Shown: piece by piece, positions 1-10,855 of the stretch
How the letters are laid out: each line of letters starts with the position of its first letter
How positions within the stretch are numbered: position 1 is the stretch's first letter
NCBI RefSeq assembly: GCF_006345805.1
Contig: NC_043023.1
Span: 10,044,001-10,108,000, forward strand
Source: Octopus sinensis
Taxonomy: Eukaryota
Length of the DNA: 64,000 bases
Reading direction: 5' to 3'
The notes under the pieces: model-generated
Told to the model about the DNA's origin: nothing
The model's input: the letters and a program-made list of their open reading frames with translations, nothing else
The model's database searches: none
Program-made: the position numbers and the translations under genes

Positions 1-83
1 ACCAAAATTAGGCTCATGTACTTGCTTATCTCCCTTTACTCGCATACTTATCGTCTTTCACTGAGTAATATAGCAACACAAAA

Positions 84-310
84 GGCGGCGAGCTGGCAGA
101 AACGTTAGCACGCCGGGCGAAATGCGTAGCCGTATTTCGTCTGCCGTTACGTTCTGAGTTCAAATTCCGCCGAGGTCGACTTTGCTTTTCATCCTTTCGG
201 GGTCGATAAATTAAGTACCAATTACGCACTGGAGTCGATATAATCGACTTAATCCCTTTGTTTGTCCCCTCTATGTTTAGCCCCTTGTGGGTAGTAAAGA
301 AATAGAAATA
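84..310 (+). mobile_element. tRNA-derived SINE
   Basis: tRNA-like head starting GGCGGCGAGCTGGCAGAA, B-box-like GAGTTCAAATTCC at 156-168, body CATCCTTTCGGGGTCGATAAA, A-rich tail; body fragments recur near 490-530, 8230-8300 and 25370-25430. Confidence 0.75.
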
Positions 311-1072
311 GGTATTTGGTCAGTTTTTCTCCTTGATATAATTGTCTCTTCAGTTATCTGCTAGGAGCAAAGTTGTTATTAATAAACCTAATAATGGTGA
401 TTAGGGTAGATTAGTATCTACCATCGACTTATGTTTTTGGCTGGATCTTTATTTAATTGATTCCGAAGCAATGAAAGATAAAATTGACATCGACGGAATT
501 TGAGGTCAGAACGAAAGAAGCACTGCTTGGTCTAAATAATTACTATTAATTTTGGTACACGACTACAATTTCGTTTCGGTATAGTATTTCCCTTTTTATA
601 AGTTTTCGTCAGGGATACCTGTAGTAGTAGATATTCTTTGACCTTTTCTCCGAAATTAGTGACTTTTCTGGGTGAATTTCTACATTTGTATCAAAGCTGC
701 AGAGGAAAGGATTATACGGAAGATAAGAAGTCAGATTAGATTGTGAGTAAAGCAATAATTTCATCTCATTTTTATATTTTAGTTCGTTTTCTCATTCTAC
801 AAACCTCCCACAAGAACTGTAACGATGATCCAGTCTGAAATCTTAAGATATTCAAGTTTTGTTTACATTTTACCCATCATAAATACTATACTAAATCTGC
901 TAAAATTATGAAAATTAAGTTATCACTCTGTATTGTAATTAACAATACCTTCAGACAATAACTGGTCGGAGGTAAAGAATACGTACACCACTCGTTTTTG
1001 GCGTAACAAAAACCCTAACCATCGGGTGTATGTATTTTTTACTTTCGCCCAATAAATCTTCCTTTTGTTGCC

Positions 1073-1273
1073 GTAAGTAACAACGACTATTGCAAAAGTT
1101 GCAAGATGCAACAAAAATTCTAGAAAAAAATGAATACCTAAATGAGTGGAAATCGAACCAGTGTGTGTGTAAAATAATAAGGCATTAAAAGAGAATGACC
1201 CTCCCCAGACACGATAACAATATATAGTAATAACGATATATATATATATATATATAATATATATATATATATA

Positions 1274-1305
<32 letters not shown>

Positions 1306-1804
1306 ATATGTATATATATATATACATATATATATACATATATATATGTGTGTGTGTGTGGAAGCGCAATGGTCCAGTGGTTAGGGCAGCGGACTCACGG
1401 TTTCGATTCCCAGACCGGGCATTGTGAGTATTTATTGAGCGAAAACACCTAAAGCTCCACGATGCTCCAGCAGGGGGTAGTGGTGAACTCTGCTGTACTC
1501 ACCACAACTTTCTCTCACTCTTTCTTCCAGTTTCTGTTATACCTGTATATCCGCTAGGGACAAAGTTGTTATTAATAGGCCTTAATAATGGTGATGAGGG
1601 TATCAAACTAAAGAATTCTCACAAAATTTCTTGGCATTTTTTTCAGTGCAAAGTCCTGTTGAGACAAGTGAAATCAAAATCAAACCATCCCTGCCCCTCT
1701 ACGACCATGTCTATATAAAAATGTAGTAAAACTTTCACTGTTTTAATCTCTCTAATTCCTAATTATCTTGTATGTTTTACACTGTTGTTTCTCTTTCGTT
1801 TCAG
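1073..1804 (+). other. Predicted 5'UTR intron of ZNF-1
   Basis: Donor CC|GTAAGT at 1073 and pyrimidine tract plus TTTCAG| at 1804; both conserved in the ZNF-2 copy (8742 and 10256). Confidence 0.5.
1358..1552 (+). mobile_element. tRNA-derived SINE, family B, 3' truncated
   Basis: Head GGAAGCGCAATGGTCCAGTGGTTAGGGCAGCGGACTC and core shared with 5428-5794 and 7060-7350. Confidence 0.8.
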
Positions 1805-2031
1805 ATTATCAGATGACATCTGCTTCACAGGATTTTTACATAAGCAACGTCATTAGAATGGAAAGTCTTTTGAAGACTGAGCAAAGATGTTATACAAAAC
1901 ACGTATAACCCTGTTTCTATGAATATTTACTGAATTACTGCAAAATATATCTGGGGAACTCTGACATATATGTAGCAAAATTTCTCTTCTTTATTGTCTG
2001 GAATACACAGAAAATTATATTTGCATATTAA

Positions 2032-2412
2032 TTAATCATTTAGCATTTAAACTAGCACAAATATTCTGACCTCTCACACTCACCATGCAGTGTCAATTTA
2101 AACATAAACAATCAAATCACTGAAGTCTCAAAGCTATGAGATAATCCATGATTAATTCAAAACAATATGAATAAATAAGCATTACATTTCACAAAGGAAT
2201 CTCAATGCTAAACGGTTAAACTGGCCATATTTTTGTGTGTTTTATATTCATACTAGCCAGATCCCACCCCTCACACCCACCCTACAAGGTCATTCTAAAA
2301 ATAAACAATCACTACATTGAAATCTGAACATGATAGCATAATGAATGATTAATTCAGAAGAATTTCAATAAACATTCTATTTGACAAAGTAATCTGAATG
2401 TTAATGAGTTAA
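2032..2412. mobile_element. TTAA-bounded MITE-like element, two tandem units, between acceptor and ATG of ZNF-1
   Basis: TTAA at 2032, 2216 and 2409; two similar ~190 bp units; a single unit sits at the equivalent ZNF-2 position. Confidence 0.55.
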
Positions 2413-2556
2413 AGCAATTAAGAAGGCAGTTTGCAGCATCTTCAGATATTAACAAAGAACACTTTTCATGGAGATATATCAGTAGAAATATTTGTTCAGA
2501 GCAATATACGAGAAGAAGGAAAACCTTTGTGACCTGTGACAAGAGAAAGGAACATT

Positions 2557-3672
2557 ATGGAAAATGAATTATTTAGGAGTGAAGTTGAATGTAAAAGAGA
2601 GTCTGAAGAAATTGATTTTTCTGATGAGGAAAAGAATGAAAAGGGCAAAACATCATATGATTGTGATATCTGTGGCAAGTTGTTCTCTCGGAAAGCTAAG
2701 TTAGTCATTCACGAACGTACTCATACAGGAGAAAAACCATATCACTGTGATATCTGTGGTAAATCATTCGCTCAGAAAGGTAACTTGACTACTCACCAAC
2801 GTATTCATACAGGAGGGAAGCCATATCGCTCTGATATCTGTGGTAAGTCATTGTCACAAGATAGTGATTTAACAAGACACAAGCAGATTCATTCAAGAGG
2901 AAAATATTTGTACTGTGACATCTGTGGTAAATCATTCTTGCGGAAAGATAACTTAGTCATCCACCAACGTATTCATACAGGTGAGAAGCCATATCATTGT
3001 GATATCTGTGGTAAATTGTTCGCTCAGAAAGGTAACTTGACTGCTCACTGACGTTTTCATACAGGAGAGAAGCCATATCACTGTGATATCTGTGGTAAAC
3101 TATTGTCAAATCGTAGTACATTAACAAGACACAAACAGATTCACACAAAAGGAAAATATTTACACTGTGATGTCTGTGGTAAATCATTTTTTGATACTCA
3201 TCATTTAACCACTCACAAACGCATTCATACAAGCGAAAAACCATATCGCTGTGATATCTGTGGTAAATCATTCTATGAAAATAGCTACTTAACTAGACAC
3301 ATACGTATTCACACAGGAGAAAAGCCATATCATTGCGATATCTGTGGTAAATCTTTCTCTCATGGGCCCAGCTTAACTGTTCACAAATACATTCATTCAG
3401 GTGAGAAGCCGTATCACTGTGAAATCTGCGGTAAATCCTTCTCTCGAAATGATCACTTAACTACTCACAAGCACGTTCATACAGGTGAGAAGCCGTATCA
3501 TTGTGAAATCTGTGGTAAATCCTTCATTCGAAATGATTACTTAACTAGTCACAAACGTACTCACACAGGTGAGGAGGCATATCATTGTGATATCTGTGAC
3601 AAATCATTTGCACAGAGAAGCAGCTTGACTACTCACAAGAGCATTCATATGAGAAACAAACCACACCAATGA
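2557..3672 (+). CDS. C2H2 zinc-finger protein ZNF-1, 12 fingers, interrupted by in-frame TGA at 3049-3051 (truncated protein or young pseudogene)
   Basis: ORFs 2536-3051 and 3103-3672 share one frame; CxxC-x12-HxxxH repeats with TGEKP linkers; first ATG at 2557; acidic leader nearly identical to ZNF-2; finger 3 has Cys>Ser. Confidence 0.9.
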
Positions 3673-3675
3673 TCC

Positions 3676-3890
3676 ATCATCATTGTTTTCACGTCCACGG
3701 TTGTCATGCTCTCATGGGTCAGATGGAATTTGGTGAGGTGGATTTTCTCTGTCCAGATGGCCATCTTGTTACCAACTTTCACCTGTTTCAAACTAAGATA
3801 TTTCCCCATGATCAGACATGTTTTTATGTCAGATTGGAGATGGACACTGCTTGTATGGTAGTGACACTCGTTTACAACTATCACACAGTC
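3676..3890 (-). mobile_element. Old RTE-tailed short element just after the ZNF-1 stop
   Basis: Reverse complement reads ACCCATGAGAGCATGACAACCGTGGACGTGAAAACAATGATGATG, matching the tail of younger copies (23280-23343); orthologous copy at 12620-12830. Confidence 0.6.
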
Positions 3891-4472
3891 TCAAGGCAAG
3901 GATATAATAACACACACACACACACATTCATAAGCCCCTCACACTTCTATGAAACATCCCCCTCTATCCTCTGTACCACTAATATTCCCCCACCACCAAT
4001 ACCTTTTGTGTATGTCCTCATACATCTCCAACATCATCCATTTCTCTATATATATCTGAAAACAATTATAATAATAATATTTTGTTTATTCTAAATGATC
4101 TTGACATTGTTTTTGACTTTACATAAAATATTCTTTACATTCTACGGTTGTTTTATTGTCATTTATTTACAAGTATTATTAATTTTATTGGTAAAATATT
4201 TTTCTAGGAATGAATTACAATTTATAACATTGCTTCTATGGGAAATTATTGCTTTGCTTTATGAGTTTTCACTTTAGGAGTAATCTCCAGAAGAAATTAA
4301 CTCATATATCAAGGCATTATTGTATCTGACATTATTTTGGCACAAGGCCAGCGATTTCAGGGGAAGGAGTAAGTTGAATAACCACATGGATCAGCATGTG
4401 TGCTTTTTATGTGAACTAGCGTGAGTGCTTCTTACAGGAACCCACACAATATATATATATATATTTATATAT

Positions 4473-4693
4473 GTATATTCAAAGGGCTAAAGAGCCACTA
4501 GGTGGTCGGCCGTATGCTAGAAGTAGATCACCTACGATCAAACTACAAAGAAAAGAATGTTCTCTAGAGGAAAATTCAGCAGACACCAGAACAATTTTCC
4601 TGTAGAGAACATTCTTTTCTTTGTAGTTTGATCGTTGGTGATCTATTTCTAGCATACGGCCGACTACCTAGTGGTCTTGCCCTTTGAATATAC
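4473..4693. repeat. Fold-back inverted repeat A (104/101 bp arms, 16 nt spacer)
   Basis: 4473-4576 is the reverse complement of 4593-4693 with 4 substitutions and one short indel; abuts (TA)n. Confidence 0.95.
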
Positions 4694-4859
4694 ACGTATT
4701 AGAATTTTCTCTGATTTTTCAGATTTTTGTATGCTAGGCTACTGGTTTTAAATTGATGTTAATTAAATTAATATTCAATTTATCTCCCTCATTATTTAAA
4801 TATATATTTATATAAATATTGGTGAAGTCAAATGGATTAGTGATTAGAGCGTCGGGCGC

Positions 4860-6008
4860 AGAATTGTTCTTCACATTGCTCCAGTTCACTCAGCTGTAGA
4901 AATGAGTTGCGATGTCACTGGTGCCAAGCTGTATCAGCCTTTATCTTTCCCTTGGACAACTTTGGTGGTGTGGAGAGGGGAAAGCCGGTATGCATGGGTG
5001 ATTGCTGGTCTTCTATAAACAACCGTTGCCAGACTTGCTCCTCAGAGGGGAACTTTCTAGGTGTAATCTCATAGTCATGAATGAAGTGGGGTCTTTTCTT
5101 TTTTCTTATAATGTTTGTTCCTTCTTGAGCCATGCCTGGCTCATAGGGCCGGTTTCCTTGGCATATAGGTTCCCCACCTGGACAGGAATATATGGGGTCA
5201 GTGTAACATCCTTCTGGAAACCAAACAAGCTTGTGTATTCAGTTCTGCCTCTTGTGGCAACAAACTGAGGGGGTTCTATCTTGTTCTTTCTGAAAGAGCC
5301 AACAAATGTTAATCTATAATTCTTCAAGAGATTAACTCTAAATCCATAACTTGTAAACCAATTATCCATTGTAATATTTCTTCCAGACCCTTTTATATGA
5401 GACCCCAACCGTTTTACCACTGCTGCTGTTGCTGTTGAGTGTAGCAGTCTTCGTCCAAGTGGGAGAAGTCCGAAACGTGGTCCTTTGCTATTCGTAAGAC
5501 CCGCAGAAGAGAAAGCAGGTCAACTCCCGACACCAAGAGCATCGACGGATGGATGAATGTGCATCCAGGCTCAGTGGTTGCGTAGGAAGTCAGGTATAAG
5601 AAACAGGAAGAAAGAGTGAGAGAAAGTTGGGGCGAAAGAGTACAACAGGGGTCGCCACCACCCCCTGCTGGAGCCTCGTGGAGCTTTAGGTGTTTTCGCT
5701 CATTAAACACTCACAATGCCCAGTCTGGGAATCAAAACTACGATCCTCCGACCGCGAGTCCGCTGCCCTAACCACTGGGCCATTGCGCCTCCACTACCAC
5801 TGCTGCTCTTGAATTACCTATAGAAGGGCCTTCTCCTTGTTTCCCCAAGTAGACCTCCATACATGACACACAAAGTTTTAGCATTGGCCAAAATAAATAT
5901 TTTTATGCTATATTTTGCTGGTTTAATTGGCTTGTAGAACTTGAATGGACATCATAATTGGAGATACAATTATCCATAAATTTCTCAAAGAACTTTCTAA
6001 AAGGTGCA
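4860..6008 (-). mobile_element. piggyBac transposase relic interrupted by a SINE
   Basis: VKRLGSHIKGSGRNITMDNWFTS...VGSFRKNK (5106-5420); upstream APFRKFFEKFMDNC and KPAKYSIKIF motifs at 5810-6005; decayed Cys-rich C-terminus near 4910-4960. Confidence 0.9.
5428..5794 (-). mobile_element. tRNA-derived SINE, family B, full length with TSD
   Basis: 13 bp TSD TACCACTGCTGCT at 5415-5427 and 5795-5807; tRNA-like head and CAA/CAG tail. Confidence 0.9.
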
Positions 6009-6316
6009 ACATTCTACTGTTGTTTTATTGTCATTTATTTACAAGTATTATAAATTTTAGAGGTAAAATATTTTTCTGGGAATGAATTACAATTTATAAC
6101 ATTGCTTCTATGGGAAATTATTGCTTTGCTTTATGAGTTTTCACTTCAGGAGCAATCTCCAGGAAGAAATTAACTTATATATCAAGGCATTATTGTATCT
6201 GACGTTATTTTGGCACAAGGCCAGCAATTTCAGGGGAAGGAGTAAGTTGAATACCACATGGATCAGCATGTGTGCTTTTTATGTGAACTAGCGTGAGTGC
6301 TTCTTACAGGAACCCA

Positions 6317-6368
<52 letters not shown>

Positions 6369-6470
6369 TTCAATATACAAAAAAGGGTGAAATATAATTA
6401 ATTTGATAAAATTAATAAATTTCACCTAGTAGATTTTTTGGTATGGAAAAGACCATATTTGGTAAGAATT

Positions 6471-6641
6471 ATATTAATTATAATAAAGGGTTAATTGCAA
6501 CAAGTTGCTCAAAACCACATACCAGAAATATTAGAAATAGCAGCCAAGAGAAATAGTGATCTATTTGGCTGCTATTTCTAATATTTCCGGTATGTGGTTT
6601 TGAGCAACTTGTTGCAATTAACCCTTTATTATAATTAATAT
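6471..6641. repeat. Fold-back inverted repeat B (77 bp arms, 17 nt spacer)
   Basis: 6471-6547 vs 6565-6641, one mismatch; abuts (TA)n. Confidence 0.95.
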
Positions 6642-7059
6642 ATATATATATATATTTATATATCTTCTACATTGTACATTAACTTAGTGGAGTATGCTGA
6701 GTAATTGGATGGATGGATGACACTATCACTGTTGCCAGATATAAGATACGCACATGCAAACATCACCTGGGGTATGAGATACCCCACAACACCACTGAAG
6801 GATTAAAGTAAAATTCTGCCACATTTTCTCCACAAAACTACTTTAAAATGTTTTCCAATGGCTGAATGATGACACATTAATTTTGTTTCTGCTCTAAATA
6901 TTCTGGTAAAGTAAGGATGCATCTTGTACACCAGCACATATGGTAGATAAGTTCCTTTGGATATGGCTATGTGGTTAATTGGTTTATATCATATCCATGA
7001 GGTACTAGGTTCAATTCTGTTGTGCAGCATCTTGGGAAAATTTTATTTCCTACAACCAT

Positions 7060-7350
7060 GTGGAGGCGCAATGGCCCAGTGGTTAGGGCAGCGGACACGC
7101 GGTTGGAGGATCGCGGTTTCAATTCCCAGACCGGGCATTGTGTGTGTTATTGAGCGAAAACACCTAAAAGCTCCACGAAGCTCTGGCAGGGGGTGGTGGC
7201 GACCCCTGTTGTACTCTTTCACCCCAACTTTCTCACACTCTTTCTTCCTATTTCTTGAGTAACGCTGCAATGGGGGGGGGAACACATATGCCACAGAAAC
7301 CGGGCCCATGAGCCTGGCTAGGCTTGAAAAGGGGCGAAGAAAAGAGAAAA
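7060..7350 (+). mobile_element. tRNA-derived SINE, family B, alternative tail, adjoining an older SINE head
   Basis: Same head as 5428-5794; 8 bp TSD ACAACCAT at 7052-7059 and 7351-7358. Confidence 0.85.
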
Positions 7351-7519
7351 ACAACCATCGGTTAACCCATACCGTTTAGGTAAAAAGCAGTGGATGGAAA
7401 CTGTATCGAAGCTTGTCAGATGGATTGTACTTGTAATTTTAAAAAATACAACTTCATCGCACTGAATGCGGTTTGAAATTGCTATAACAGTACAGATATC
7501 TGTGGGATACTCTGTCAAT

Positions 7520-7862
7520 TAATTATTGCATTTCAATCTGTTTTAGGGTTAGGGTTAGTTAGTGTTAGGGGGAAGGGTATCTTATTTTCTTCAGAAATGT
7601 AAATAAACCCAATCTGTTTCTTAAACGAGAGACATATTCATACGGCACAGAATGTTTTCACTTCAATAGACATCATTGATTGGTTGAAATTGCAGAAATT
7701 GAAGAAGAAAAACAACAAATATCTTACAAACTATAGAATTTTCTCAATAAAGCCAAGAGAAAAAGATGTTTTATAAACACATTCTACCAGTATACGAAGT
7801 TTAAAAGTGTTTAGTTACGTGGAAATTATTTTAAAAAACTGCCGTTCAAACCGAAAAGATCC
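7520..7862. mobile_element. MITE-like repeat with internal TTAGGG units (same family as 35312-35793)
   Basis: About 330 bp near-identical to 35390-35710; ends AAAAACTGCCGTTCAAACCGAAAAGATCC. Confidence 0.7.
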
Positions 7863-8741
7863 AATTTTTCGCATACAACCTTCAGAAAAAGGTTGTATGT
7901 TAATATTTGGTTAGTCGTTCGTGGCAGTTGTTCTACTTGATATAATTGTTTCTTCAATTCTCAGCTGGGGTCAAAGTTGTTATAAATCCCATTTTAACTC
8001 CGGTTAATCCATGCCGAAGTTTTGAAGATAGTTATATAAATAGAGATAACAAACATACGGAAGCATCCCGTTAGCCTTTATTACAGTAAATAAAGCAAAT
8101 AGGATTGTCCTGCAAACGAGGAAAGTGGATTGCTATGGGCTTTAAAGGCCTAATAATGATGGTGAGTGGATATTAGTATCTACCAATCGACCTCTGGTTT
8201 TGCTGGATCTCTATTTTATTGATTCTGAAGCAGTGAAAGGTAAAATTGAGATCGGCGGAATTTGAGCTCAGAACATAAAAGACCAGAAGAAACACTGCAT
8301 GGCCTAAATAATTGCTATTAATTTTAGTACGATGCTATAATTTCGTTTCGGTACTTAAAGCAAACCAATGCATGTTTTATACATTCCCCATTACAGGTTA
8401 TCGACAAGGGAACCTGTTTTCATGGATGTTTGTGGGGACAGATATTCTCTTGTTTGAAATTATTGACTTTTCTTGGTGAATTTCTACTTGTGTATCAAAA
8501 CTGATGAAGAAAGGACTATATGGAAGATAACGAGTGAGAGTAAATCGTGAGTGAAGTAATAATTCCATCTTATTTTTATATTTAAGTTCGTTTTCTCTTT
8601 GTAGAAACCTGTTATAATCGGAGATCTTAAGATATTCAAGATTTGTTTTCATTTTACCGATCATAAATACTTTTCTAAACCTGCTGAAATTATGAAATTA
8701 ATTGATCACATCTTCAAACAATAACTCTCCCTTTTGTTGCA

Positions 8742-10256
8742 GTAAGTAACAATATCGTTAAAGCTATATATAGAGAGAGATAATAACAAAGGGTAAAATT
8801 AATTAATTAAGAAGTAATCAGTAATTTCACCAAGTAGAATTCGGCATGAAAAAGACCATTTCATGGTAAGCTTAAGTAATATTTTATAATTAGGGTTCAG
8901 CAAAGATTTGCTTTACCACATACCGGAGTTTAGAAATAGCAGTCAAAAAAACCTTAGCTATTTCTTCTACTTTAAAAAGGGACTCCCAGAAAACCCAAAT
9001 ACTTGAAAACAATCTACGCAGGCAGAGAGGAAAAATAACGAAAATCAATCTATATCTGGTTACCCATGTACGCGCCTTTTCGGAATTAGATCGGTATAAA
9101 GAATATAGAATTATACTTTACCCAACCATACAGAGAGTCAGTCAGACAGACCGAGTAGCAACCACTCCGAATTTGTTTCTTTATAACTTACAGGAAAATG
9201 GATATTTTTAAATGAAATTTTCGACATGTACGCTTCAGATAGTGTAGATTCTGAATATATCGCAATTTGTTTTAATAAAAATTTTCCAAGGCTAGGGGGA
9301 AGAGTTTCGGAAATTCACACGGATCGGCTTTACTCCCTCATAACTCAGAAAAATTGATATTTTTTAGTGAAATTTTCTACAGAATACCGTTCAGAGTGTA
9401 TCCATCACAATTTTATCGAAATTTAATACAAAAATAAAAACATGGATTGGACAAAATAACGGAAACACCTTAAAATTTCAAACAAATTATTTTAATATGG
9501 AGTAATACCGCCTCTGGCAGTAATTACAGCTTGAATTCTACGAGCTATAGACTCGTACATAGTTTGAATTGTTTCCAAAGGAATTTTTATCCTTTCTTCA
9601 GCTAAAACAGTCTCCAGTTCTTGTAGTGATTATGGTGGAGGATATCGACTCCTTACTAGTTTTTCTAAAATGTACCATAAATGTTGACTGGTGGCCAGAT
9701 AAGATGTTCAACTTCACTAGAATCTTCTTCATGCCATTCAGTTACGACTTTAGCTGTGTAAATTGGTGCATTATCAGGCTGAAAGATTGTGTTTCCCTCC
9801 GGATTAGTTATGGTTCAGTTCAGCCCATTATCACAGAAGATTCGGGTATGAGATGCATGTCCATCACAATTTTATCAGAATTTAATACAAAAATAAATAC
9901 ATGGGTTGGACAAAATAATGGAAACACCTTAAAATTTCAAACAAATTATTTTAATATGGAGTATTTATTGATTCCAAATCATTGAAAATTATTTTGATTA
10001 GAATTCATTTGGATAGTTCATATATGTCAAGCTTCTCTGCGTTTCCATCTACCACATCCTCTCCCAAGGCTTTGATTGGCCACTCTAGGACTGAACCCAG
10101 GACCATGTTGTTAGAAAGCCAACTTCTTACCACACAACCATCCCTGCACCTCTATGGTCATGTTTTTATAAAAATTAGTAAAACTCTCACTGTTTTAATC
10201 TCTCTAATTCCTAATTATCTTGTATGTATTACACTCTTGTTTCTCTTTCGTTTCAG
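8742..10256 (+). other. Predicted 5'UTR intron of ZNF-2
   Basis: CA|GTAAGT at 8742 and TTTCAG| at 10256, paralogous to 1073/1804. Confidence 0.5.
9445..9855 (-). mobile_element. Tc1 transposase C-terminal fragment with 3' TIR
   Basis: Minus strand translates IFQPDNAPIYTAKVVTEW...LIWPP...SLQELETVLAEE...RRIQAVITARGGITPY*; TIR-like GGTTGGACAAAATAATGGAAACACCT. Confidence 0.85.
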
Positions 10257-10486
10257 ATTATCAGATGACATCTGCTTCACAGGATTTTTACATAAGCAAC
10301 GTCATTGGAATGGAAAGTCTTTTGAAGACTGAGCAAAAAAGATGTTATACAAAACACGTATAACCCTGTTTCTATAAATATTTACTGAATTACTGCAAAA
10401 TATATCTTCTGAACTCTGACATATATGTAGCAAAATTTCTCTTCTTTATTGTCTGGAATACACAGAAAATTATATTTGCATATTAA

Positions 10487-10714
10487 TTAATCGTTTAGCA
10501 TTAAACCTGGCCGTATCAGTCCCAAACGTTCAAGCTATTTTACGTTAAAACTGCCCACATCTGGCCTCTTCCACTCACCCTGCAATGTCATTCTAAACAT
10601 AAGGAATCACATCATTGAAATCTTAAAGCAATAAGATAATAAATGATTAATTCAGAAGAATTTGAATAAATAATCATTACATTTGACAGAGTAATCTGAA
10701 TGTTAATGAGTTAA
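10487..10714. mobile_element. TTAA-bounded MITE-like element upstream of the ZNF-2 ATG
   Basis: TTAA at 10487 and 10711; paralogous to 2032-2412. Confidence 0.55.
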
Positions 10715-10855
10715 AGCAATTAAGAAGTCAGTTTGCAGCATCTTCAGATATTAACAAAGATCACTTTTGATGGAGATATACCAGTAGAAATATTTATTAA
10801 GAGTAATATACGAGAAGAAGGAAAACATTTGTGTACTGTGACGAGAGAAAGGAAA

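Noticed and set aside
3049-3051. Rescue of the ZNF-1 TGA by selenocysteine or A-to-I editing
   Set aside because: No SECIS was recognised and the position is not a Cys site. The A has a 5' G neighbour, which ADARs disfavour. Not supportable without RNA data.
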